Below, in pieces: positions 1-7,697 of a stretch of 64,000 bases of DNA (position 1 is the stretch's first letter; each line of letters begins with the position of its first letter). Source of the stretch: an uncultured Trueperaceae bacterium (GTDB taxonomy: Bacteria; Deinococcota; Deinococci; Deinococcales; Trueperaceae); the NCBI GenBank assembly GCA_963727505.1, contig CAVSGP010000002.1, forward strand, positions 173,184-237,183. The letters are read 5' to 3'. A program made the translations under genes and the position numbers. The notes under the pieces were generated by a model. It did no database searches. It was not told the origin of the DNA and saw only the letters and a program-made list of their open reading frames with translations.

Positions 1-885
1 CTCAACGGCACCCCTGCCGTCAAGCGCGTGCAGGACTTCCTGGAGCTGATGAACGATCTGACGCGCGAAGCCGAGGAGCTGCCGGCCGCGAATTTCCTCA
101 AGGCGGTGATGGACCAGTCGGGGACCATGCGTGCGTTCAAGGAGGAGGGCAGCTACGAAGCCCAGGGGCGGCTCGAGAACCTCGAGGAGCTCCTGAACGC
201 CGTAGCGGAGTGGCAGGAGGAGTCCGGCGGCTCCATCGCCGAGTTCCTGGACGAGGCGTCGCTCATGAGCAGCGTCGACGACCGAGCGGTCGAAGCGGTC
301 AACGGCGAGGTCGAGGACGATGCGGTCACCCTGATGACGCTCCACAACGCCAAGGGGCTCGAGTTCCCGGTGGTGTTCCTGGTCGGCATGGAGGAGAACC
401 TCATCCCCCACCGCAGCTCGACGGGCAACCTCCAGGAGATCGAGGAGGAGCGGCGTCTGCTCTACGTCGGCATCACCCGGGCGCAAGAGGATCTCACCCT
501 GGTCCACTGCGAGGCGCGCATGACCTTCGGTCGCACCGAGATCGCGCGCCCGAGCCGCTTCCTGGAGGACATCCCGAACGGGATGCTGCAGGAGGTCGAC
601 ATCTTCGGCCAGGAGCTGGCGGACGCGCGCCACCTCGCCAAGAGCCTGCGGCAGCGCTGGAAGCCGCCCAGCGCCCCCGCTTCGGCCTCTGCCGCGGCAG
701 CCGCCGGCGCGGCGACCGCGGGACTCAGCTACCGGGGCGGCGAGAAGGTACGCCATCCCAAGTTCGGGCTCGGCACCGTGGTCGGGGTGAGCGGCGAGGG
801 CGCGCGCGCCGAGGTGACGGTGGTCTTCGACAGCGCCGGGGCCAAGCGCCTCCTGGCGAAGTACGCCAACCTCAGCGCGGCCTGA
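1..885 (+). CDS. uvrD: UvrD/PcrA-type ATP-dependent DNA helicase, C-terminal part (5' end lies outside the window)
   Basis: Frame 1 is open from base 1. Contains the late helicase motifs LMTLHNAKGLEFPVVFLVGMEE and RRLLYVGITRAQEDL, plus the C-terminal HPKFGLGTVV tail typical of UvrD/PcrA. Confidence 0.85.
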   Translation, partial: LNGTPAVKRVQDFLELMNDLTREAEELPAANFLKAVMDQSGTMRAFKEEGSYEAQGRLENLEELLNAVAEWQEESGGSIAEFLDEASLMSSVDDRAVEAVNGEVEDDAVTLMTLHNAKGLEFPVVFLVGMEENLIPHRSSTGNLQEIEEERRLLYVGITRAQEDLTLVHCEARMTFGRTEIARPSRFLEDIPNGMLQEVDIFGQELADARHLAKSLRQRWKPPSAPASASAAAAAGAATAGLSYRGGEKVRHPKFGLGTVVGVSGEGARAEVTVVFDSAGAKRLLAKYANLSAA

Positions 886-959
886 ACACAGCCGCTTCTC
901 GCCCTCCCCGAGGACGTTCCCGTGCTGGCTTCATCGCCGACCGGGAGCGCTCCCGGCGG

Positions 960-968
960 TGGTATAGT
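960..968 (+). promoter_or_regulatory. Candidate extended -10 promoter element for minDE
   Basis: TGgTATAGT (TG-n-TATAGT) lies in the 153-bp gap upstream of minD. No convincing -35. Confidence 0.4.
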
Positions 969-1038
969 TCCCCAAGTCCGCGGGAAGACGCGTCGTTTCG
1001 GTGCCCCGCCGGGCGCCGGCCGAGGAGGAGCAGCTACT

Positions 1039-1848
1039 GTGAACGCTAGAGCCATCGTCGTGACGTCCGGCAAGGGCGGCGTCGGCAAGACGACCACGAC
1101 TGCCAACGTTGGCGCGGCGCTCGCCCGGCAGGGGGAGAAGGTCTGCGTCATCGACACCGATGTGGGCCTGCGCAACCTCGACGTGGTGATGGGGCTCGAA
1201 GGTCGCGTGGTGTTCGATCTGATCGACGTGTTCGAGGGTCGTTGCCGGCTGCGCCAGGCCCTGGTCCGCGACAAGCGCGTCGACACCCTCCACCTTCTCC
1301 CTGCCTCGCAGACCAGCGACAAGAGCGCGCTCTCCGAATCACGCATGCACGAGACGGTCCGCCTCCTCACCGAGGAGGAAGGCTTCGACCGCGTCATCAT
1401 CGACAGCCCGGCCGGCATCGAGTCCGGCTTCCAGACCGCGGCCAGCGCCGCGGACGGCGCGTTGGTGGTCGTCAATCCCGAGGTGTCGAGCGTGCGCGAC
1501 GCCGACCGCATCATCGGGCTTCTCGAGGCGCGCGACATCTCCGACATCCGGCTGGTGGTGAACCGGCTGCGGCCCGAGATGGTCAAGCGCGGCGACATGC
1601 TCGAGGTCGACGACGTCCTCGACATCCTCGGGGTCAAGCTGATCGGCATCGTTCCCGAGGACGAACGCATCCTGGTCTCCACCAACGTCGGCAGCCCGGC
1701 CGCCCTCGACGAGGCGACCCGCAACGGTGCTGGCGGCGCCTTCCGCGACATCGCCAGCCGCATCCGGGGCGAGGACGTACCGTACGCCCAGCTTCAAGCC
1801 CAGGGGCGCTTCTTCACGGGGCTCCGGCGGTTGTTTGGAGGCAACTGA
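1039..1848 (+). CDS. minD: Septum site-determining ATPase MinD
   Basis: Deviant Walker A VVTSGKGGVGKTT and MinD-like sequence throughout. GTG at 1039 has GGAGGAG 8 nt upstream; the track start at 922 is probably too far upstream. Confidence 0.95.
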   Translation: MNARAIVVTSGKGGVGKTTTTANVGAALARQGEKVCVIDTDVGLRNLDVVMGLEGRVVFDLIDVFEGRCRLRQALVRDKRVDTLHLLPASQTSDKSALSESRMHETVRLLTEEEGFDRVIIDSPAGIESGFQTAASAADGALVVVNPEVSSVRDADRIIGLLEARDISDIRLVVNRLRPEMVKRGDMLEVDDVLDILGVKLIGIVPEDERILVSTNVGSPAALDEATRNGAGGAFRDIASRIRGEDVPYAQLQAQGRFFTGLRRLFGGN

Positions 1849-2090
1849 TGTTCGGTCTCTTCGGGCGCAAGCGCAGCAAGGACCACGTCAAGGAACGCCT
1901 CAAGCTGGTGCTCTCGTACGACCGGGCCAAGCTCTCGCCCGGCCGCATGGAGCAGCTCAAGCAGGAGCTGATGGGCGTCATCACCAAGTACTTCCCTGCC
2001 GCCGAGTCGGATTACGACGTGAAGCTCGAGCAGCACGGCGACCGCATGGTGTTCGTCGCCAACCTCCCGCTCTCGCAGGCCGACGCCTAG
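1848..2090 (+). CDS. minE: Cell division topological specificity factor MinE
   Basis: 80 aa, MFGLFGRKRSKDHVKERLKLVLSYDR N-terminus typical of MinE. ATGA start/stop overlap with minD. Confidence 0.9.
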   Translation: MFGLFGRKRSKDHVKERLKLVLSYDRAKLSPGRMEQLKQELMGVITKYFPAAESDYDVKLEQHGDRMVFVANLPLSQADA

Positions 2091-2103
2091 CACCCTGCGG
2101 CCT

Positions 2104-2871
2104 TCAGGTCGAGTGTCGCCCGCCCCGGCCCGATAGCGCGTACCGCACCCCGGTCGCCACCAGCAACACCGCGAACAACCACCGCAGGGTGTCGTTGGGA
2201 AGCGCCAGCGCCACACGGCCGCCCAGGTAGGCGCCCCCCGCCACGCCGAAGGCCAGGACCGGCGCCACACGCAGGTCCACGTGGCCGTGCCGCAGGTGCT
2301 GCAGGCTCCCGGCCAGCGCCGCCGGCACCATCACCGCCAGACTGGTTCCCTGCGCCGTGTGTTGCCCCACGCCGAACAGCAGCACCAGCAGCGGGACCAT
2401 CACCGAGCCGCCGCCCACCCCCAGCAGACCGGACACCGCACCCGCCAACAGGCCCGTGCCGAGACCGAGCGGCAGCGCCCAGGCCGCGGCGACCGCGTGG
2501 GCCGGCACCAGCGCGTCGAAGGGCAGGCTGGCGCCGGTGACGATGACGAGGACGCCGAAGACGCGCCGCAGCGCTCGCGCCGGCACGCGCGGGCTCAGAC
2601 CCGCCGCCAGCGACGAGCCCACGATGGAGGCGCACGCCAGCGCCAGCGCCAGCCGCACCGCCACCGCGCCTCCGAGGGCGTAAGGGATCACGCCGACCAG
2701 CCCCGTGAGCACCACCGCCACCAGGCTGGTGCCGTGGGCACGGTGCTGCGACAGCCCCAACCAGGCGCCCAGTAGCGGCACCATCACCACGCCGCCCCCG
2801 AGACCCCCGATGCCACCGAAGATGCCGGCGGCGACGCCGATCAGCAGTCCCTGCCACGCCATGCGGGCCAT
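2104..2871 (-). CDS. TauE/SafE (DUF81) family anion exporter, membrane protein
   Basis: Polytopic protein with duplicated Gly-rich TM motifs (GIFGGIGGLGGGVVMVPLL and GLLGVGGGSVMVPLL). ATG at 2871; the track extension to 3192 does not look coding. Confidence 0.8.
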   Translation of the reverse strand: MARMAWQGLLIGVAAGIFGGIGGLGGGVVMVPLLGAWLGLSQHRAHGTSLVAVVLTGLVGVIPYALGGAVAVRLALALACASIVGSSLAAGLSPRVPARALRRVFGVLVIVTGASLPFDALVPAHAVAAAWALPLGLGTGLLAGAVSGLLGVGGGSVMVPLLVLLFGVGQHTAQGTSLAVMVPAALAGSLQHLRHGHVDLRVAPVLAFGVAGGAYLGGRVALALPNDTLRWLFAVLLVATGVRYALSGRGGRHST

Positions 2872-2888
2872 GGTACAGCAGGAGCGCA

Positions 2889-2897
2889 TGGTATCCT
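2889..2897 (+). promoter_or_regulatory. Candidate extended -10 element for the response-regulator gene
   Basis: TGgTATCCT lies 13 nt upstream of ATG 2911, with no clear Shine-Dalgarno between them. Confidence 0.35.
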
Positions 2898-2910
2898 CGA
2901 AGGCGTAGCC

Positions 2911-3777
2911 ATGCCCTCCCGAACGATCCTCCTGGTGGATGCTGACCCTCTGCAGCGTCAGCTCGTCGACATGCTGCTGGCCGAGGACGCTCCTACGGTC
3001 GTGAACGCCGGCACGGGGCGTGAGGCGCTCGAGTTCCTCAAAGAGCACACGCCGCACCTGGTGCTCATGGCGATCGAGCTCCCCGACATCGGCGGCGACG
3101 CGGTGTGCAGCAAGCTCAAGAGCGTCAGTCGCCTCGCGCGCGTGCCGGTGATCCTCACCCTCGACCCGCCGGGGCGCGCCGGCATCCCGCAAGACGTCCG
3201 CGAACGGGTCCGCTTGGTGGGTGCCGACCTGCTGATCCAGAAGCCGCTGGGCGACAAAGGGCTGCGCGACCGCGTCCGCCAGCTGCTGGCCCGCTGGGAC
3301 GCCCCCGCCGTGGCCACCGGCCGTTCCACCAAGAACACCGGCGTCATCGAGGAGGCGCTCGACGCCCTGAGCGCAACGGGCAGCGACGACGCGCAGGCGA
3401 CGCCGCCGCCCGATCCCATCACCGACGCGCTCTACCGGGAGAACGAAGAGCTGCGGCAGGAGGTGGCCTCGCTCAAGCGCCGGCTGGCGCGGTTCGAGGC
3501 CGGTCTATCCGGGGTTGACGACGCCACCGAGCCGGCACCGGACATCGTAGCGGGATCCGAGCCCGCGATGCCGGCGCAGCCCGCGGCGCCCGACGACCCC
3601 GAGGAGCCGCCTGCCGGGCGCCCCGGCGACGTGCCCGAGAGCACCGTCGAAACGCTGGAGCATCGCGTGCGGGAGCTCGAACGCCGCAACAAGGCCCTGC
3701 GGGCCGCGCTCGAGGAAGCGGAGGCTCACGGTGAGGAGAACCAGGGCCGCGGGCTCTTCAAGCGGCGCCGACCCTGA
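2911..3777 (+). CDS. Orphan response-regulator-like protein: receiver domain plus C-terminal low-complexity/coiled-coil region
   Basis: REC-like N-terminus (ILLVDADP ... PVILTLD ... LLIQKPL). By hand alignment to CheY, the phospho-acceptor position reads Ala (LVLMAIELPD). The C-terminus has heptad-like segments (LRQEVASLKRRLARFE, HRVRELERRNKALRAALEEAE) and no recognisable output domain. Confidence 0.8.
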   Translation: MPSRTILLVDADPLQRQLVDMLLAEDAPTVVNAGTGREALEFLKEHTPHLVLMAIELPDIGGDAVCSKLKSVSRLARVPVILTLDPPGRAGIPQDVRERVRLVGADLLIQKPLGDKGLRDRVRQLLARWDAPAVATGRSTKNTGVIEEALDALSATGSDDAQATPPPDPITDALYRENEELRQEVASLKRRLARFEAGLSGVDDATEPAPDIVAGSEPAMPAQPAAPDDPEEPPAGRPGDVPESTVETLEHRVRELERRNKALRAALEEAEAHGEENQGRGLFKRRRP

Positions 3778-3839
3778 GGCGCGGATGGCGACGTGCGGAT
3801 GCTGAAATGCGGAGCGCCCGGCGCGAACGCCGCGCGCGG

Positions 3840-4202
3840 CTAGGTTGCGGCGGGCTCGCTCACTTCGTCGACTTCGGGCAGGTGCGTCAGCGCCCAGCCG
3901 CGGATCGACTCGATGACGTTCTCGAGCGCCAGGCCGGCCTCCGTGAGATCGTAACTGCAACGCGGCGGCGTCACGGAGTGCACGGTCTTGTAGACCAGCC
4001 CCCGCGACTCCAGCCGGCACAGGCGCTGCGTCAGGGTGGTCGGGTTGCAGCCCCCCACCTCGCGACCCAGCTCGTTGAAGCCCTTCGGGCCTCCGAGCAG
4101 GGAATGCACGATATGGAGCACCCACTTCTCTTGCAGGATCTCGATCGCTGCGCCTGCAGGGCAGCTTCGCACATCGTGTGGGTCGTGGCAGCGCTCGTTC
4201 AT
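3840..4202 (-). CDS. HxlR family winged-helix transcriptional regulator
   Basis: CPAGAAIEILQEKWVLHIVHSLLGGPKGFNELGREVGGCNPTTLTQRLCRLESRGLV matches the HxlR family pattern. 120 aa. Confidence 0.85.
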   Translation of the reverse strand: MNERCHDPHDVRSCPAGAAIEILQEKWVLHIVHSLLGGPKGFNELGREVGGCNPTTLTQRLCRLESRGLVYKTVHSVTPPRCSYDLTEAGLALENVIESIRGWALTHLPEVDEVSEPAAT

Positions 4203-4325
4203 GACTATGTTTTGAATCTAGCACGTACTCCCGGGCGCCCGACCCCGCCAGCCAACATGCGTCGGACACGGCACGAACGCCGTCCAACGAAGGGACGTAC
4301 CTCCCTCTCGATCGCCTCGGGCCGG

Positions 4326-4334
4326 TGCTACACT
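4326..4334 (+). promoter_or_regulatory. Candidate extended -10 promoter element for hpf
   Basis: TGcTACACT lies about 53 nt upstream of ATG 4387. The RBS GAAGGGAG follows. Confidence 0.4.
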
Positions 4335-4386
4335 ACGCTCACCAGGCGACCTCGCGACCTCTGGCGAAGGGCCCGAAGGGAGCACC

Positions 4387-4929
4387 ATGAACATCTACAA
4401 ACTCATCGGTCGCAATATCGACATCACCGACTCCATGCGCCAGTACGCCGAGGACAAGTTGCAGAAGCTCGACCGCTTCTCCGACCAGATCGTGGACGCC
4501 CGTGTGGTGATGTCCTACGACGGCAAGGCCACGGGCGCCAGCGGCGCGAACCCGGCGAAGGTCGAGGTGCAGGTCAACCTCGCCAACGGCATCGTGCGTG
4601 CCGAGGAGCGAGGCCAGGACACCTACGCCGCCATCGATCTGGTCGTCGACAAGCTCGAGCGGCAGCTCAAGAAGTTCAAGGGCCGCTTCATCGCCAAGCG
4701 CACCGAGGAGAAGCCGCAGCCCGAGCCCCCGGAGCCGGCCGAGACGGAGCCCGCGATCGTGCGCGTCAAGCGCCACGTGCTACGGCCGATGGCCCCGGAG
4801 GACGCCGCCATCCAGATGGAGGCGCTCGGCCACACCTTCTTCATGTTCCACAACGCCGACACCGACGAGATCAGCGTCATCTACTTGCGAAGCGACGGCG
4901 ACTACGGGCTGATCGAACCCGCCAACTAG
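4387..4929 (+). CDS. hpf: Ribosome hibernation promoting factor, long form
   Basis: N-terminal RaiA/S30AE domain (MNIYKLIGRNIDITDSMRQYAEDKL) plus C-terminal dimerisation domain (IVRVKRHVLRPM...FFMFHNADTDEISVIYLRSDGDYGLIEP). Confidence 0.9.
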   Translation: MNIYKLIGRNIDITDSMRQYAEDKLQKLDRFSDQIVDARVVMSYDGKATGASGANPAKVEVQVNLANGIVRAEERGQDTYAAIDLVVDKLERQLKKFKGRFIAKRTEEKPQPEPPEPAETEPAIVRVKRHVLRPMAPEDAAIQMEALGHTFFMFHNADTDEISVIYLRSDGDYGLIEPAN

Positions 4930-4962
4930 AGCGCTCCGGCGCCGCTCGTTCGCGAACCGCGC

Positions 4963-5562
4963 TCAGCGGTTGAGCACGGTTCCGCTGGGGACTGCGTATA
5001 GCGCGCGCAGCGTGGCGACGTCTCGTTGGGAGATGCGGCCGGAGGGTGACGCCGACAGGGCGTCGCCGCTATAGGGGCTCCGGCCGATCATGCCCACCGC
5101 TTGGCCGAACGCCAGCAGCGCGTAGCGGTAGACCTGGTCCGGCTGGAAACGCGGGTCCAGGATGACCTCGGTGGCGTGGAACCGGTACTGGTTCTGCGCG
5201 TTGATGGTGAAGCCGTAGCGGTAACTGGCGACCTTGTCGGTGAGTTGCTGCCAGGTGACCGTGATGGCGTCGGGCGTGTCCTGCCCCACCACCACGAAGT
5301 TCAGGATATCGGGGGCAGCCTGCTGCCAGGCCTTGATGGCGCGGAGGACGGCGTCGCGCATGGCCTGGCCGTTGGCTTCGGGCGCCGGCGTCACGTACAC
5401 CGCGATGGGCATGTCCTGCGAAAGGTAGTGCAACAACCGCGCCTGACCTCCCGTGCTCGAGGGGTCCGAGGCGATGTCGGAGAGATAGGTCGGGGGGCTC
5501 TGCTGGGCCGAAGCCACGGCCAGCGCTACGAACGTGAACAGCAGGGCGAGAACTCGCCGCAT
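4963..5562 (-). CDS. Secreted protein of unknown function
   Basis: ATG at 5562 starts the signal peptide MRRVLALLFTFVALAVASAQ. 199 aa with good coding character. The upstream part of track ORF 4963..6099 does not look coding. Confidence 0.6.
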   Translation of the reverse strand: MRRVLALLFTFVALAVASAQQSPPTYLSDIASDPSSTGGQARLLHYLSQDMPIAVYVTPAPEANGQAMRDAVLRAIKAWQQAAPDILNFVVVGQDTPDAITVTWQQLTDKVASYRYGFTINAQNQYRFHATEVILDPRFQPDQVYRYALLAFGQAVGMIGRSPYSGDALSASPSGRISQRDVATLRALYAVPSGTVLNR

Positions 5563-5569
5563 CGCTACA

Positions 5570-5851
5570 CCTCCACTGCGGCGCCTTGCTGCGCCGCAGG
5601 AACGCACCCACCGCAGCCCCCGCGAAGGCGAACCCTCCGACATGCGCCCACCACGCAACGGCGTAGGCGCCGGGCTGCACGAGCGCGACGTGGGTCGTGG
5701 CCCCGACCGACTGGACCAAACACCAGTAGCCGATGAGCAGCCACGCCGGACACCACAATAGGAAAAAGCGCGGCACCCGGGCGAACAGCGGCAACACGAG
5801 CCCGGGCAGCGCGCGGCGCAGATGGGCGCGGCGCAGATGGGCACGGCGCAC
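5570..5851 (-). pseudogene. Possible rhomboid-protease C-terminal remnant (last two TM helices only)
   Basis: FFLLWCPAWLLIGYWCLVQSV ... VAWWAHVGGFAFAGAAVGAFL resembles rhomboid TM5-TM6 with the catalytic His motif AHxGG. There is no Ser-bearing TM4 and no room upstream. The frame has no stop before running into the next gene. Confidence 0.3.
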
Positions 5852-5855
5852 TGGC
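5811..5855. repeat. 15-bp tandem repeat, two perfect copies plus one degenerate
   Basis: gcgcggcgcagatgg at 5811-5825 and 5826-5840, then gcacggcgcactggc. It reads RRAHL RRAHL on the minus strand. Confidence 0.9.
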
Positions 5856-5887
5856 AGCGTGGATCCGCGAGGCCCGCGGCGCGTGCG

Positions 5888-6562
5888 TCAGCCGCCGCGA
5901 GGGGTTGCCTCGACGTCCTCCAGTACCTGCCGCAGCTTGACCAGGCGGTGCGCCCCCACGACGCCGCGCACCATCGCGCCGTTGTAGATGATCGTGCCCT
6001 TCCCAACGATGGTGCCAGGCGCGAGTACGGCGTTGCAGCCGATCGACACGCCGTCGCCGAGTGCGGCGCCGAACTTCCGGACGCCGATGCCGCGACCATC
6101 GACCTTGACCTCCTCGCCGGTGGTCTTGAAGTTCGCGAGCTTCACGCCGGCGCCCAGGTTCACATCAGACCCGATGACGCTGTCGCCCACGTAGTTGAAG
6201 TGCGGAGCGCGAGCGCCACCCAGGAGCACCGAGCGCTTCACCTCCGAGGCGTGCATCACCCTGGCGTCCGGCCCGAGCACGACGGGGCCCCGCAGGTACG
6301 CGGCATGCCCGACCTGTGCACCCGGCGCCATGTAGACCGGACCCTGGAGGTATGCGTAGGGCCCGATGCTGGCGCCCTCAGCCAGGTACAGCGGACCTTC
6401 GATGATCGCGGTCGGATGCACGCTTCCCAAGCGCGCGGGGGACAGTTGCGACGCGAAGGCATCGAGCCGGTCGAGCACCTGCCAGGGCGACGCCACGTCG
6501 AGCAGCGCGCGCAGCGGCTCGGGAACCCGTGCGAGATCGAACAGCTCCGCTGTCGTCGGCAT
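5888..6562 (-). CDS. Hexapeptide-repeat (left-handed beta-helix) transferase, GlmU C-terminal-like
   Basis: 224 aa from ATG 6562. Repeated [LIV]-G-x4 hexapeptides (IGPYAYLQGPVYMAPGAQVGHAAYLRGPVVLGPDARV ... IGSDVNLGAGV ... IGCNAVLAPGTIVGKG). There is no nucleotidyltransferase domain. Confidence 0.75.
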   Translation of the reverse strand: MPTTAELFDLARVPEPLRALLDVASPWQVLDRLDAFASQLSPARLGSVHPTAIIEGPLYLAEGASIGPYAYLQGPVYMAPGAQVGHAAYLRGPVVLGPDARVMHASEVKRSVLLGGARAPHFNYVGDSVIGSDVNLGAGVKLANFKTTGEEVKVDGRGIGVRKFGAALGDGVSIGCNAVLAPGTIVGKGTIIYNGAMVRGVVGAHRLVKLRQVLEDVEATPRGG

Positions 6563-6672
6563 GCCCCAGTGTAGCCTCCGGCCACCCTCGGGCCGCGAGC
6601 GCCGGCCGTGCCCGCCGGCCCTGCCCGCCGGCCGTGAGAGCCCGGCGTTTCCGCCCGCCGGCCCCGACGGGA

Positions 6673-6678
6673 TAGAAT
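6673..6678 (+). promoter_or_regulatory. Candidate -10 box placed for a leaderless or near-leaderless transcript of the lipid kinase gene
   Basis: TAGAAT lies 10 nt upstream of GTG 6689, with no Shine-Dalgarno between them. Confidence 0.35.
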
Positions 6679-6688
6679 CGGCGCGGCC

Positions 6689-7558
6689 GTGCTCCATCTG
6701 ATCTATAACCCCGTCGCCGGGCGAGGCCGGGCGAACGCCGCGCTGGTGCAGACGCGGGCGTTCCTGGACGCCCGCTCGGTGCCGTACCGGGTCCTGTCGA
6801 CGGAGGCGCCGCGGCACGCCACACAGCTCGCCCTGGACACGCCTCCGGACGCGACGGTGGTGGCCGTCGGCGGCGACGGCACGGCCCACGAGGTGGCCCG
6901 CGCCTGCGTCGGCACGGAGCGCACGCTGGGCGTGCTCCCGGTCGGTTCCGGCGACGACTTCGCCTTCGCGCTGGGCATGCACCGGAACGATCTGGCGGGC
7001 GCGTTGGAGCGACTGATCGCCGGCGAGGTCCGCCTCGTCGACACCGGCCGCGTGAACGGCGAGCCCTTCGTGAACGCGGCCGGCGTGGGATTCGACGCCG
7101 ACGTCGCCACTCGGGTCGCGGGCGCGCCGCGCCGGCTCCGCGGGCTGGCGGCCTACCTCTGGGCCGTCATGACCGCCCTCGGCGCGCTGGACGCTGCACC
7201 GGTCGAGGTCTGGGTCGACGGCGAGCGGGTCTACGCAGGCCGCTCGCTGCTCGTGTCCACCCATCTCGGCCCACGCACCGGCGGGAGCTTCCTGTTCGCC
7301 CCCGACGCGTCGCTCACCGATGGCTTGTTCGAGGTGCTGGTGGCCGGCGGCCTGGGCCGCCTGGGCACGCTGGCGCTGCTGCCGCGCGTCATGCGGGGCG
7401 CCCACCTGGACCACCCGGCGGTCCATCTGTTCCGCGGACGTCACGTAGAGCTTCGCTGGGAACGCGACCAACCCGGCCATGCGGAAGGCGAGCCGCTCGC
7501 GGCCGCGCGCACGTTCCGCCTCGACCTGGCGCCGGCGTCGCTGCGCGTCCTGACTTGA
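6689..7558 (+). CDS. Diacylglycerol kinase catalytic-domain family lipid kinase (YegS/DagK-like)
   Basis: LIYNPVAGRGRA, VVAVGGDGTAHEVA and LPVGSGDDFA motifs. Confidence 0.85.
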   Translation: MLHLIYNPVAGRGRANAALVQTRAFLDARSVPYRVLSTEAPRHATQLALDTPPDATVVAVGGDGTAHEVARACVGTERTLGVLPVGSGDDFAFALGMHRNDLAGALERLIAGEVRLVDTGRVNGEPFVNAAGVGFDADVATRVAGAPRRLRGLAAYLWAVMTALGALDAAPVEVWVDGERVYAGRSLLVSTHLGPRTGGSFLFAPDASLTDGLFEVLVAGGLGRLGTLALLPRVMRGAHLDHPAVHLFRGRHVELRWERDQPGHAEGEPLAAARTFRLDLAPASLRVLT

Positions 7559-7635
7559 GGCCTCGGCCCGGCACGACCGCGCCGGGCGGACGTGCGCTCC
7601 GCGCCCACCGTGCCTACCACCGCGCCAACACGAAC

Positions 7636-7659
7636 GGGGCCCCGCTTTCGCGGGGCCCC
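7636..7659. terminator. Bidirectional hairpin terminator between the lipid kinase gene and slpA
   Basis: Perfect 10-bp stem GGGGCCCCGC / GCGGGGCCCC with loop TTTC. TTGTTGG follows on the plus strand and TTCGTGTTGG on the minus strand. It sits between convergent genes. Confidence 0.6.
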
Positions 7660-7697
7660 GTTGTTGGCGTGTCTACGCCGAGTGTCCTACGCCGTGA

